Origin: a virus
Taxonomy: Duplodnaviria; Caudoviricetes
DNA length: 64,000 nt
Reading direction: 5' to 3' (one strand)
IMG/VR virus record: IMGVR_UViG_3300042975_000100
Location: 80,788 to 144,787 of that record
The notes beneath the pieces are model-generated. The model saw nothing but the letters and a program-made list of their open reading frames with translations, made no database searches and had not been told where the DNA came from. Each line of letters starts with the position of its first letter. Position 1 is the stretch's first letter. Shown one piece after another: positions 40,976-52,500 of this stretch. A program made the translations under genes and the position numbers.

Positions 40976-42172
40976 TCAATAATATTTAGGTTTATGGATT
41001 ATATACCAACAGCTTCTAGAGAAGCGAGTAATACCAGTATAGTTTAGATTCTTATTTATATCAGGATGCAGGAATTCCTCAAAATACATTCCCTTTACAT
41101 ACTGAGAACCCTGTGAGATATGAGTAGTAATAGCATAAGCATATTCGAACTTTTCGCCATTGCTATATGGAAGTTTCTTAATCATATCTTTCTCATGACG
41201 ATTAGCCATGAGATATCTATAGTCACAATCTAATCCCCTGAATACACCCTGAAACATATCCGGGGAGAAATCGATAGCATAAGTTTTACCAGTAAATTGG
41301 GTTATATCAGGGAAGTTGGCAACTGTACCTATTAATCCATTAGCTAGATTAATGCCATCGCAATCGATCTTCCAATTGTTCTTACGGCATATCATTCTCT
41401 CTCCATGCTGTGGTAATTGACTATGGAAGTTAAGCAGCTTTTCTCTAATATAGTGATTGAATTTCTCTCTAGTATCATTCTTACCACAGATGACAATGTT
41501 GGAATTCATTATCATGCTATCCCATATTTCAGAATCATACATAACGCATACATTACCATACCATCCCGGTTTGAGCTTATGCCCTTTAAGAAGTTCATGT
41601 GCAAAGTATACTATAGCATTATTCTCTGCTTGTCTCATGATCTGTCTAAGATAGTGAATCTCACCAGAATATAAGAAAGCAGGTTTATCAGCTACAGGAG
41701 GTAGCTGATTAAGATCGCCTGATACTATTATCTTAAGCCCAAATGATAATAGATCTGGCAGCATATGGGATGGTACAAAACTTGCCTCATCTATGATAAT
41801 GAGTTTCTTATTGTATCCAAGCGATTGTCTTCTAACAAATATGATTTTCTTTTTAGGACGATTAAGCTTTGGGTCCATATTAGAATAATCATTTACAAGC
41901 TTAGGCTCATACATCCAAGAATGTATGGTTTTAGCATTAGTTAGTCCCTTAAGGCGCATAACAATAGCAGCCGCTCCAGTATATGCCATAGGGCAAGTTT
42001 GATCTACAGTGAGACCTATACTCTCTACTATTGCATTGAGTACAACAGACTTACCGGTTCCAGCTGCTCCTGAAATCTGAAAGATTTGTTCTGGGCTATT
42101 AAAAAAGAAAGACACTGCCGCATTAACAGTGTCTCTCTGGTCATCATTAAGCTGTATAGCCATTTTAACCAT
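40976..42172 (-). CDS. dda: SF1B Dda/RecD-like DNA helicase
   Basis: LNDDQ, GAAGTGKS, AYTGAAA, TIHS, IIDEAS, GDLNQLPPV, IMRQ, YAITTHISQGSQY, YTGITR. Confidence 0.9.
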   Translation of the reverse strand: MVKMAIQLNDDQRDTVNAAVSFFFNSPEQIFQISGAAGTGKSVVLNAIVESIGLTVDQTCPMAYTGAAAIVMRLKGLTNAKTIHSWMYEPKLVNDYSNMDPKLNRPKKKIIFVRRQSLGYNKKLIIIDEASFVPSHMLPDLLSFGLKIIVSGDLNQLPPVADKPAFLYSGEIHYLRQIMRQAENNAIVYFAHELLKGHKLKPGWYGNVCVMYDSEIWDSMIMNSNIVICGKNDTREKFNHYIREKLLNFHSQLPQHGERMICRKNNWKIDCDGINLANGLIGTVANFPDITQFTGKTYAIDFSPDMFQGVFRGLDCDYRYLMANRHEKDMIKKLPYSNGEKFEYAYAITTHISQGSQYVKGMYFEEFLHPDINKNLNYTGITRFSRSCWYIIHKPKYY

Positions 42173-42184
42173 GTCCTTTGTGAG

Positions 42185-42694
42185 TTATTTCATATCTATA
42201 GCTTTAAGCTGCATGAACTCAGGAGGTGCTGACCCATCAAGAATATAGATGATATCCATATATTTCAACGCATCTCTATAATACTCATTTCCAACATAAC
42301 TAGTTCCATCCATAAACTTGATTTCTGCAAATCCTAAAGTGTTAAGCTTCTTAGAACTAATAGACAGAGTCAAGATGTCCGTATCTTCATCCATATACAT
42401 TTCAACGTACTGATTTACCAAAGATATCATCAGCTTAACGTTATTATATGGATCGAACGCCATCTCTATTGCAGGGTCGATCTCCTTTCCTACCAACGTA
42501 GATACCAGTCTCTTACCGGCATACTTCATTGGAGACGACCAACCATCTTCATCGTCGATGATAACCATATACCCATCTTTATCAATACTAAGATTGAGTT
42601 TCTGAGTAAGCATGGTAATGCATCTGTTTGTGTTCTTTGCGAGAAGCGCTTCTCTTGCTTCGGCTTCCGCAATCATCTTTTTTGTAATTCTCAT
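42185..42694 (-). CDS. hypothetical early protein
   Basis: 169 aa; AAGGAG RBS; promoter at 42741. Confidence 0.7.
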   Translation of the reverse strand: MRITKKMIAEAEAREALLAKNTNRCITMLTQKLNLSIDKDGYMVIIDDEDGWSSPMKYAGKRLVSTLVGKEIDPAIEMAFDPYNNVKLMISLVNQYVEMYMDEDTDILTLSISSKKLNTLGFAEIKFMDGTSYVGNEYYRDALKYMDIIYILDGSAPPEFMQLKAIDMK

Positions 42695-42771
42695 TATATC
42701 TGCTCCTTTTTAGTGATTCGACAATACTGTAATCAATATTATGATATATAATTGAAAGGAGTAATTACCTT

Positions 42772-43110
42772 ATGGGACAGTATAACACCTCTCAAATAGC
42801 GATTTTACAGTCTGTTGCGAATAAATACAACCCTGGAAAGCAGGTGTTTAAACTTCAGGCTATAACTGGTATGAAAGATAATACGAATAAAATCGAGACT
42901 AACTCTATCAGCACAGCCAAGATTATGAATAAAGATACCAAGGATCTTCCAATATCAAATGTCAATAAAGCCACTTGTATCAAATTGGAAATTCCTAAGC
43001 ATCTTACCGAAAACTATCCGACTAAATATATCCCTCAAGGGACAAGATTCATAGTCGACTTTCAAAATGGAGATATCTCCAAACCTATTATAACAGGATG
43101 TGAATTCTAA
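42772..43110 (+). CDS. putative virion/baseplate protein
   Basis: Late-type promoter; coupled to the gp53-like gene; C-terminal PQGTRFIVDFQNGDISKPII (OB-fold hub-like). Confidence 0.5.
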   Translation: MGQYNTSQIAILQSVANKYNPGKQVFKLQAITGMKDNTNKIETNSISTAKIMNKDTKDLPISNVNKATCIKLEIPKHLTENYPTKYIPQGTRFIVDFQNGDISKPIITGCEF

Positions 43111-43553
43111 TGGCTACATTTACTCAGATTACCGATCCACGACTCGCTACAAAGTTTAGCGAATTTGTCACTGCCGGTAAACAGGAAATAACTATAACCT
43201 TTCCTCAACTCTGTTTCTTAGAAAACAGAGATAATATCTCGTACTGTGTTAAGTCAGTTATAGATGACTACATGCATGAGATGATAGCCGCATCTATTAA
43301 CTGTAAACTTAGCACTGAACAAGTTCAAAAATACAGATACAATCCAAGACTTATTTGCTCAGATACCTATGGTACAGGAGATCTGTTCTACGTTATACTG
43401 CTCATAAACAATATGTGTAGTATTAAAGAATTCGATCTCTCAAGCGGATACGTAAGGATGCTTAAGAAAGATGACATGAAAGATTTTCTTAATGCCATCT
43501 ATAAGCAAGAGTATCAGGATTTGAATGCTTACAATACTTTGCATAATTCATAA
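43110..43553 (+). CDS. baseplate wedge protein (T4 gp53-like, LysM-like fold)
   Basis: KYRYNPRLICSDTYGTGDLFYVILLINNM matches the RPxxxxxxxYGxxxLxWxILxxN pattern. Confidence 0.65.
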   Translation: MATFTQITDPRLATKFSEFVTAGKQEITITFPQLCFLENRDNISYCVKSVIDDYMHEMIAASINCKLSTEQVQKYRYNPRLICSDTYGTGDLFYVILLINNMCSIKEFDLSSGYVRMLKKDDMKDFLNAIYKQEYQDLNAYNTLHNS

Positions 43554-43594
43554 GATAAGGGCATAGCATTACGCTATGCTCTCTTTCTTTTGTC

Positions 43595-45391
43595 TTATAC
43601 CAATTTCATTACAGGTTTTCTATAAGTTGCAGGATCAACAAGTGTCATTACAACCATCTTATTTTCTCTCTTAGGAGCTGTATTCTGCGCCTTGTGCTTT
43701 TCGAAGAAGCTCTCCTGCTTAATCTCTTTCTTCGGTTCACCACCACTATACACAGTACCTCCCTTGATGAGATTTTCGATATTATCCTCATCAGATTCTT
43801 CTGTAGGAATCGGAAGTTCTGTACTATACTTGATCGTTTTACCAAAGTTCTTCATGATAGTTTCATTAGAGTTATTAGCCAAACTAGAGAGTGTTACACG
43901 CTTTCCTCCTAAATCCATCTTCAACTTAACTTCACTATTATGATCATATGGGATATAGAATGAAGTCGCATTAGTTGCAATAGGGTAACGATGCTTTGTC
44001 AATTTAACACCCATGAACTTCTGATCTTCGCTAGGCCATTCAGGTGTTAAGAATATAGTGGCATCAAGATTCTCATCGATAAGTGATGACTCACCAATGT
44101 TTGCCCTTCCAAGTTTACGTACCAAATCATTCTTATTACTGCTACGGCTTTCATCGATGATGCGAGCGGCTTCACGATTCAGCTGAGATGCTGTAATTAC
44201 CGGAATATCCTTATAGCAAGCAAAGTTTCTGAACTCATTGATTACATTACCAAGGCGGAAACGCTCATCCATGTTATTACCATTGATAGGACGAATACGT
44301 TTGATATAATCCTGAATAAGACCAATAACTTCATACCCTTCATCTTCATAATCTTCTGTAAGTTTATAAAGATAATTTGTATCTACTGAATTAATCGGCT
44401 TATATTTAATAATGATTTCGATTGGATTATCTGGAGTTACTCCAAGACCTCTGCTCATCATAATACGAAGAGCATCATCCTCACTATAATCTTGGATACA
44501 ACCATCGGTGCAAACGGTTGAGAATAGAGTAGAGATAACTTCAAGAGTCTTATTCTCCATTGTCAGAAGAATAATGCAAGGTTTCTTAGTTGGGTCTTTG
44601 CAGACATAGTTTCTATTTGCAAGTTTGATTTGCTTAAGAAGATTGATAAGAGTAGTTGTCTTTCCCTCTCCCGGAAGTGCAAAGAAACAATATACACGAG
44701 ATCCTTCAAACCCTCCTGCGAGAATATCATTCAATGCTTGAATTCCAGTTGCCAATTTGAATGAAGGACGTTTACAACGCTCTATTACATCATGAACTCC
44801 TTCTCTCAAATTACTAAGAACGAACGTGTCGTTCTCATCTTCCGTGTCTATCGCATTACGTCTAAATTCGGTATTCATGTCTCTAGACATCTGCTGAATT
44901 TTAGCCGAATATTCTTCTTTCTGTGCTGGATCGCAATTCATGTAATCCATACATGCTGACTGAAGTTTATAAACGTTATTGTTGATAAACATCATGTTTA
45001 TGCAGTTGGAGATGGATTGCTCAGTCCATTCAACCTCTGCATTAGAAAGTTCGTTAAAGTTGTTAGGATCTACAGTGTATCTATCCCCGATTACACCATA
45101 TACATCCTGAAGAATCATGTTTCTTTCGAATATTCTTTTTTCAAGTTTTGCCGTAAGAATTGCACTGCAGATATTGCGACGCTCTATAAGTGATTGGTCT
45201 CCATTGAATACGCTCTCATTCAATGAATCCATAATTGTTTTAAGTTGGGTTAATGCAGAACGGTGAACTGATTTATTTGATGACAAAGCATACGAACAAA
45301 AGTTATTCATCATGTCTAAGCTAAAATTAAACCGGAGTCCTTCTGGTTCAGTTTTAGCGGCATATTTTTTCTTTCTTTCGGCTAAGTTCAT
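43595..45391 (-). CDS. dnaB: DnaB-like replicative helicase
   Basis: TGIQALND.L.GGF, Walker A ALPGEGKTT, LTME, Walker B IQDYIKRI, PVITASQLNR, IGESSLIDENLD, K.R finger (TKHR). Confidence 0.92.
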   Translation of the reverse strand: MNLAERKKKYAAKTEPEGLRFNFSLDMMNNFCSYALSSNKSVHRSALTQLKTIMDSLNESVFNGDQSLIERRNICSAILTAKLEKRIFERNMILQDVYGVIGDRYTVDPNNFNELSNAEVEWTEQSISNCINMMFINNNVYKLQSACMDYMNCDPAQKEEYSAKIQQMSRDMNTEFRRNAIDTEDENDTFVLSNLREGVHDVIERCKRPSFKLATGIQALNDILAGGFEGSRVYCFFALPGEGKTTTLINLLKQIKLANRNYVCKDPTKKPCIILLTMENKTLEVISTLFSTVCTDGCIQDYSEDDALRIMMSRGLGVTPDNPIEIIIKYKPINSVDTNYLYKLTEDYEDEGYEVIGLIQDYIKRIRPINGNNMDERFRLGNVINEFRNFACYKDIPVITASQLNREAARIIDESRSSNKNDLVRKLGRANIGESSLIDENLDATIFLTPEWPSEDQKFMGVKLTKHRYPIATNATSFYIPYDHNSEVKLKMDLGGKRVTLSSLANNSNETIMKNFGKTIKYSTELPIPTEESDEDNIENLIKGGTVYSGGEPKKEIKQESFFEKHKAQNTAPKRENKMVVMTLVDPATYRKPVMKLV

Positions 45392-45446
45392 AACTATTCC
45401 TCCACGATATTTTTGGTAGTATTAGAGTGTCATCCCTCTAATATTT

Positions 45447-46583
45447 TTATAGAGACCTTAAAAACTGCCGAAGTCCGTCAACAGTTATAAAGGTATATCC
45501 TTCGCGCTGATTTATGTATTGCGCTAACTTAGATTCAGGATCTGACTTACCAAACAGATAGTCATACTCCTTATACTTAGTATCAAGATCATGGATTTCA
45601 TCCATCACTTCTTGATTCTTGAAGTTTGCATCTATCTTTACCGATCCAGAAGTTCTATAGAACGTTCTCAGTACAGATAAAAGCTCTTCATTGTTCTGCG
45701 TAAACTGAACTCTCAGATGGTCAATACCATGCGACTGTATTTCATTGATATACTGAATAACAGTTTGTGGATCACTATCAAACATACTATCTAGATTGAC
45801 CGTATCATATCGGAAACCATAGATAGGTTCAAAGTGAACCATATGCTCACGAGTCTTTATATTATGGAGAAGTATCATAAAGCCTTTTGCTTCTTCTTCT
45901 CCGAATTTCCAACGATAAGGGCAGCCACAATAGTAGAAATATACATCGTGACAGCCCGGAACATGGTTATGCCCTGCGATGATCGGCCCTAAGCAATTAG
46001 CAAAGTGCTCGATGCAGAATACAGGTTCTCTATCGGAATCTAAATCCGGTAGATCTTTTCCAAAGATTGTTCCAGCAAAAGTCCCATGTAAATAACAAGC
46101 ATCATACTGACCACTTTCAAAAAGAAAGTGGTCGTAGTATGACTTGCCTTTACCGTATAATTCTGGAATTATAAGTACACGTTTTCCTTTGATATACTCA
46201 AACTGTACCTGCTGAATGATTCTTATATCTCCATATCCCTGCAAGTAAGGATAGAAGATTTTAAGTTGATCAGCATCATGCTCAAACGTACCTGATATAA
46301 TAAGAAGCGTTGCTCCCTTATCATGGCAAATAGATGCTAATGCATGGATAAACATATTTGCATACATAATAGCATCTGAATTAGCCATGAACTTATGATG
46401 AAAGATATCACCATTTATAGAAACGATATCAAGAGTTTCCATACTCTTGATTCTATTGATAAACTGCTCCATCAGTATGCCATACTGCTTTGACGGATCA
46501 GTAGCTCCAAAATGCAAATCGGCGATGTGTGCCTCTACAAACAATCCTATAGTATTAGCCAAGCTAATTACTTTCGTTTTCAT
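45447..46583 (-). CDS. sbcD: SbcD/Mre11-like metallophosphoesterase nuclease
   Basis: HIADLHFG, NGDIFH, GTFEHD, LHGTF, AGHNH, YCGCPYRW.FGEE..KGF. Confidence 0.88.
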   Translation of the reverse strand: MKTKVISLANTIGLFVEAHIADLHFGATDPSKQYGILMEQFINRIKSMETLDIVSINGDIFHHKFMANSDAIMYANMFIHALASICHDKGATLLIISGTFEHDADQLKIFYPYLQGYGDIRIIQQVQFEYIKGKRVLIIPELYGKGKSYYDHFLFESGQYDACYLHGTFAGTIFGKDLPDLDSDREPVFCIEHFANCLGPIIAGHNHVPGCHDVYFYYCGCPYRWKFGEEEAKGFMILLHNIKTREHMVHFEPIYGFRYDTVNLDSMFDSDPQTVIQYINEIQSHGIDHLRVQFTQNNEELLSVLRTFYRTSGSVKIDANFKNQEVMDEIHDLDTKYKEYDYLFGKSDPESKLAQYINQREGYTFITVDGLRQFLRSL

Positions 46584-46635
46584 CTATATGCCCCCATATT
46601 AGTGCGATTAAGATGATGTAAGGTGTCACGTAACT

Positions 46636-47220
46636 TTATAATTTGTCGACGGTCTTATACAGTACATTCTTGGTGTTTCTATAGATGACTCTACGCAAAG
46701 TCTTACCAAGAACCTTTTGAATGTTTATATTGAATCTGTCTTTTGTTCCTTCCTTGTAATGAAACATAATCTCTTTTCCATGAGATTTAACAGTTATAGA
46801 CAAATCTGTTTTGACGTTAGAGTGATTTCCTTTCTTCTCCACGATGATCGCAACTACAGTTTCCGTATCAATAACAACCGCATACTTGATATAATCCACC
46901 ATTCTAGTATCTTCATTCTTAACGATATATACTGGATAGAAGTTATGGTAGTTATTCAGTTTAGAGACATCCGTATCAATAAACTGACTAACGTTATTCA
47001 GCATTACTCCATACTCATATAGCAGATCCGGAAAGTGAAGATAGTTCTTATACTCTGAATGAAATATGCATAGATTCAATTCCAGCCAAACTCTAAACTT
47101 CCATATGATAGAGATAAATGGTGCGGCAAAATGACGCTCATAAAATGAGCCTTGTAACTTACGTCTTATGAATATATTTGAGTAATATTCTGCAAGAAGA
47201 GAATAGAACATATCCATCAT
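46636..47220 (-). CDS. hypothetical protein
   Basis: 194 aa; start overlaps the upstream stop. Confidence 0.6.
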   Translation of the reverse strand: MMDMFYSLLAEYYSNIFIRRKLQGSFYERHFAAPFISIIWKFRVWLELNLCIFHSEYKNYLHFPDLLYEYGVMLNNVSQFIDTDVSKLNNYHNFYPVYIVKNEDTRMVDYIKYAVVIDTETVVAIIVEKKGNHSNVKTDLSITVKSHGKEIMFHYKEGTKDRFNINIQKVLGKTLRRVIYRNTKNVLYKTVDKL

Positions 47221-47912
47221 TACTCCCCCTCTATTTTTTTATACATCTTCTCCACCTGAGTGATATAGTAAAATGAGCGTACTAATGATAAGAATGTCTG
47301 CTCACAAAAATCCATGAATTTAGCATGTTCAGGATTTTCCATATTGAGCAGCATCTCATTAAATTCGTCTGACTCCTTAGATAATTGCAATACTAAGAAA
47401 CCAGATGGTGCTTCTCTCTTATTGTACTTAAGCATAAAGTTATATGCCGCTAGCTGTAAACAATACTTGAAAGACAGATGGTTACTTGTCTTAAAGTCTA
47501 CCAGCATTAGTTTGCCATTAACACGCATAAGCATGTCATATGTCCCACCAAACCATGGACAAGACATTTTTTCTTCTTGTCCAACAACTTCTACTTTATT
47601 CCCTGCATTTACTTGACCCCACCAATTCAAGAAAGCTTCAAATGACCAATTCAAGCATTCAGGAATATCCCCATTCTTCAAATAATGCTCTATATGTGAA
47701 TGAGCAAATGTTCCATATGCTGCAGCTTCATTAAGAGTCTTACGATATCCTTTACGTTTGAAGCCTAAGCTATTTGCCCAATACACTATTCTATCATCAT
47801 GAATGCATTTAGAAAGTATCTCTGTGGTTCTAGGCACAGGAACCCCCTCAAATTCATATCTATCTTCATTCTTGAAATTATCTCTAAGCCCGTTAAGATC
47901 TTCCATCCCCAT
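47220..47912 (-). CDS. PD-(D/E)XK exonuclease (RecB/Cas4-like phage family)
   Basis: PRTTEIL, GTFAH..IE, E, GTYD, LVDFKTS, LQLAAY; start moved to 47912. Confidence 0.85.
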   Translation of the reverse strand: MGMEDLNGLRDNFKNEDRYEFEGVPVPRTTEILSKCIHDDRIVYWANSLGFKRKGYRKTLNEAAAYGTFAHSHIEHYLKNGDIPECLNWSFEAFLNWWGQVNAGNKVEVVGQEEKMSCPWFGGTYDMLMRVNGKLMLVDFKTSNHLSFKYCLQLAAYNFMLKYNKREAPSGFLVLQLSKESDEFNEMLLNMENPEHAKFMDFCEQTFLSLVRSFYYITQVEKMYKKIEGE

Positions 47913-48014
47913 AAAATATTCCTCCTTTATTATAAGAGTGTCCAAATTCAATTAAATAAGTAAAATAGGCTATCCTAAACATTCTATTAAATCATATGAA
48001 AGGCGGTAAATTAA

Positions 48015-48950
48015 ATGAAGGTAGAAAAGGCAAGAACCTATGCAGATTGCATGCTGTATACGCAATATCCACAGTACAATGTACTCCTTATGGATGCTAT
48101 CATGCATTCAGATAGAGTAGATAAAAATGAAAAAGAATTCGATCAGGTGGTGTATGAGATTAAACGTGCTCATACAGATGCCAGCATTATCAAAGTTCTT
48201 GAAAGCACTAACTCAGTTCTCTATTACCCAGGGAAGCTTATGCCGAAACCATTTAAGGTTTTCTGTGCAAAGGATTTGAAAGATGGTCGTAAGATCAAAG
48301 CTTTCATTGATGTATCAAATATTGTAACCAAGGAAGTAGATGGTTACAAAGTAAATGAGATGACTCTGTTATCTCATCTGATCAATGCAAAGTTTTCTAT
48401 GTATTACACGGTTTCTCCTAAGACGATTAACCGTACTACGTTGAAAATTGAAGCGATGAATTGCTTTGCTCAACTGTTTACGCATATTATCGATTACGTT
48501 GGAAAGATCAGCACTATCGATTATGCTAAAGACAAATGTCTGTATCTCTCTGCTCGTTATTTTGGTCAAGCTGTAATGGGATTAGATGAGGATGAGGCTC
48601 GTACGACTTCTCGTAAGATCTCAGGCATTACCGAAACCAAAGAGGGTCGTTATGACTTCATGGTAGAGCGGTATAGCGAAGAGCAGAATCCGTTCTTAAA
48701 TATCAAAGCATTCGTAAAACTGATTGCTGAAGAATTTAAGATCGAAAAGCTGACTCTTGATATCGTTGCAGAGAAATGGATGTATCTCTATGGCCAGGGA
48801 ACAGTATTTGCACTTGAGTTCTATCCAGCTTTGGCAGCCATGATGACAGATGCTTATTGTGGAGCATACATCAATAACCAGAAGACGATTGAGAAGATCT
48901 GTGCTAAGCATATGATCGAATTCGCCAAAGAGGTAATTTATCATTTATAA
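48015..48950 (+). CDS. late protein, probably virion-associated
   Basis: First gene after the late-type promoter at 47978 in a + strand structural operon. Confidence 0.6.
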   Translation: MKVEKARTYADCMLYTQYPQYNVLLMDAIMHSDRVDKNEKEFDQVVYEIKRAHTDASIIKVLESTNSVLYYPGKLMPKPFKVFCAKDLKDGRKIKAFIDVSNIVTKEVDGYKVNEMTLLSHLINAKFSMYYTVSPKTINRTTLKIEAMNCFAQLFTHIIDYVGKISTIDYAKDKCLYLSARYFGQAVMGLDEDEARTTSRKISGITETKEGRYDFMVERYSEEQNPFLNIKAFVKLIAEEFKIEKLTLDIVAEKWMYLYGQGTVFALEFYPALAAMMTDAYCGAYINNQKTIEKICAKHMIEFAKEVIYHL

Positions 48951-48956
48951 TAGGGG

Positions 48957-49505
48957 TTGATTAATTTGAAACAGCGGGAAACTGATTTAGAGTATGTACG
49001 GGTAAAACTCGTCAAAGGAAAAGATATTAAAGATCTCTTATTCGACACGTATACTGGAGTTAGTAGAGATCATTCTTATGCTAATCCTTTAGAAGTAAAT
49101 GTGGCAGCAGGCCATAGTGCTAAGATTCTCTTTGGTGTGATCACTACCAAAGATTATTTTGCATCTGATGTTACTATGGAGCTCAAGAGGAGAGATGTTC
49201 TTAAAGGATACCTTCCTGATGAGTTCCCTAATATTAACATCAAACTTCTTCCTTATACACATGAAAGAGAAGATGGACTTGTTTATGGTCACCATCTCTC
49301 TCTTACCGATATGGAGCGTAGAGAAATCAATGAAAAGCGTATTGCAATATTCTGGCTCTATGTAAAGAACAAGACCAAAGAAACCATTACCTATACAGAT
49401 ATAGGTATTCATGTATACGGCAAAGCTGGACTCAAGGTAAAACAGAGAAAGCTTAGTGAGATTTTCGATGTTAGAGTCAACCTTACCGGAGTGCATGAAA
49501 AATAA
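48957..49505 (+). CDS. hypothetical late protein
   Basis: 182 aa within the late operon. Confidence 0.6.
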   Translation: MINLKQRETDLEYVRVKLVKGKDIKDLLFDTYTGVSRDHSYANPLEVNVAAGHSAKILFGVITTKDYFASDVTMELKRRDVLKGYLPDEFPNINIKLLPYTHEREDGLVYGHHLSLTDMERREINEKRIAIFWLYVKNKTKETITYTDIGIHVYGKAGLKVKQRKLSEIFDVRVNLTGVHEK

Positions 49506-49523
49506 TATGCAGGAGGGATAATC

Positions 49524-52500
49524 ATGTCCAATTGGTTACTCCTTCAGAATGATGAGAAATCAAAGTATGGACCTCACTATGGACCTACTGCAGATGATAA
49601 GGATGGAGCACTCGTTACAAGTAGTGCTCCTATCCGTATTTTTGTAAAAAAGGGCATGGCAATGGCTGTAAAAATCGCAGTCAGAACCGATTCCGGATGG
49701 GGTAAAGATGCTACTTTTACAATTCATTCTGGAGACGACAATATACGAGTTGGCTTTATTGAAGATAAAAACTACTCTGATGAAAAGATAGCGTTAGTAA
49801 ATGGGCGTATCACCCCTGACGTTTTATATGTAGATAAGAATGATAAGTTCACCCCAGATCATAATATTATCTTTTGGTTGGTATGCAGCAATGTATCATT
49901 ATTTATCAAGAAGAGATTAGACTTAACTGTTACTATTGCAGGAACTATCGGCACTGATTCGGTGACCAATACTTTCCCTGTTGTAATAACGGTATATAAT
50001 CCTGTAGACTTATATAAGTCTACGGTAGAGGAGATATCCGATCAGCCGGCTATAGACTCTGTAACTGAACATAATAGAATACATGCCTCAAGAAACATTC
50101 TTTCAGAGCAGATAGGTTTTCTGCCTAGATGGATACCTATCGAATGGAAAAAAGAAACAGTATATTTCAAAGATGGGAAATGTGCTACTCTACATGACTA
50201 TTTCAAATTAGGATTGCAGGTAAGCAAGATTCCTAATAATACCCTTTTCTCTAAAGAGGAAGAGTATGTAGATCTTCGCATGGATGATGATGACTTCCAA
50301 GATCATATGCGGCCGTTTCTTGTGTGGGTAGATTATAAATTAGTGGCATGGAGTAGAATCCATATCATTAAAAGCTCTGACTTTGTATTCTTTATTATAG
50401 ATGGATTAGACTATGACTATGGTATTACGGATCTAAGAATACTCTTGCTTCCTGATAATACCATTTATACCGAGAATAAAGATGAACTTGGTGAATACAA
50501 CCCAATGTTCTACTTTAGTAAGGATGGCTTATTTGGTGGGTTAGATATATTCGTATACAGCAAAGATGATACGCTTATACCATATATTATGGAAGAGCCT
50601 TCATATAGCAATATGAATCTTGATATTCCATACAAGCAGAAAGTCGGCAATGATAACTTTACCATCTTTAGTGGAGATGGCAAGTTAAATGTAGACTCTG
50701 TAATAGAGGTAAAGAACTCAAATATCTTTACTCTTGACCATGGAGGCAAAACTGCTAAGAAGGTAGTGTGCTTATACAGCACCCTCTCAGAAAACAACAA
50801 ATCGCTCATATTGAACGCTCTCAATGAACCATTTACGCGCGATCTAATAAGCGGAAGAGAAGGATGGGATAAGTATGAAGCTTCTCGTGCAGAGTTAGAA
50901 GCAGATTTTGACTTTGAGCATGATAAGAATACAGCATATCCTACCAATCTTAGCAATAGCCAAAACTATCTATGGAAGAATAACGTCAAGCACTATGACA
51001 AAGTCTTCTATAAGAATAGATTGGTAGATATCATGCAGGTTGATGAAACCTCACTTCGCACAAGATATGATCAGAACCATACGATCACTATGTCTAGGTG
51101 GAATCCCAATCAGAGAGGTCTTACATTCCCTATGGTATTCCAGGGTGGGTTGCTTCCTAGTTGGTATAACAGTATCAATTATACGCAAAGTTCATTCTCT
51201 TTTGTTCCACACTCCGATCTCAGTAATCAAGATGGTATCGTAGCTGGAGAGGATTTTGAAGTTTGCTACTTTAAGGAAGTTCAAAATGAACTTCTTGAAA
51301 TAGATAAGTCGAAAGTTACACAAGCAGATGGCTCTGTATATATTCATGTAACTCATAATACATTCCCTGCAGGTAAAGAGGTAATCTTTGCTGATATTGG
51401 CTTGCCAGATATTATGTATCCATTGCCTTACAGCAGAAGTTATGTAAGTGATAAAGAAGATATCTTAGCATGTAAGTCTACAGTTATACTTCAACAGGCT
51501 AAGTTGTATCTTGGTTGTGAAAATCAGTTCTTATATAAGAGATTCGATATAGGAGCTGACAATCCGGGTATGATAGAACTCGGTTCTACATTCAAAACTG
51601 GATTCGATCCAGAGAAGTACATGGTATTCTACAATGGTAGATATCTCAATAGAATATATTGGAGATTGCTCAGACCAGATCTTGACAAACCAAAGATCGA
51701 TAAAGCCGCTATCTACACTCTGAAAGCATTGAATGCTGGAGATAGGGTAGAGGTATTCTATTGCGGTGGACCTAGACTTAACAGTATAAACTTCAATGGC
51801 GACTTGCTTATCAAATGTATCAAAACTAAAGCATACACCGATGGTCAGGTTAGATTTAAAGTGCCTTATCCGTTTAAGAGCTACCCTCATATATACGATG
51901 CTTTCTTCTGTATTAAGCATAGTGGTTATGTAGATAAGAGTAAGTACAAGATAGATGGAGATTATATCGAATTCTATCTGCAATCTGATGCTCTTAAGTT
52001 CGGTAGAGATCTTATCTTTGTATTTCCTTATTATCGTCCTGATTGGGATCATGATGGGGATGTTACAGATGAAGATACAGAGCAGTTCATAACTCTCTAT
52101 AAGAGAACAAGTTCAGAGTTCTATGATAATCATGCTACTAGTTCGTCGATAGTAAAATATAAAGCCATAGTACCTAGGCCTGGGCACGGATCTTTTGATC
52201 ATGTACCATCAACTGGCCCTCTCAGCGGACTCAACGACTGGGAACTTAATTTAAACTGGGATGCAATCAAAGGTAATGTAGCATTTAGTGATATTGCCAA
52301 TGACTATGGCGTTTATTCTGGATTTAAACAGGATATGGTTGATAAAGTATCCAAATCTACTATGTCCGTAAGATTCCTTAAATCTGATATAGACAAAGCT
52401 GCATATGGGGCAGATATATCATTTGACAAGGATAAATTATTGGTATTCTTTGATACTACATTTGTCCATCCAGATAGATATACTACTTCAGTTTCTCAAG

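Noticed and set aside
8385-45391. Inteins or group I introns in RNAP, ligase, gyrase or DnaB (common in AR9-like phages)
   Set aside because: Genes are contiguous with expected lengths. I saw no C...HN intein ends or homing-endonuclease motifs.
47220-47912. Cas4 as part of a CRISPR-Cas system
   Set aside because: It lacks the Cas4 four-Cys Fe-S pattern and has no cas neighbours, so it is best read as a stand-alone phage PD-(D/E)XK exonuclease.
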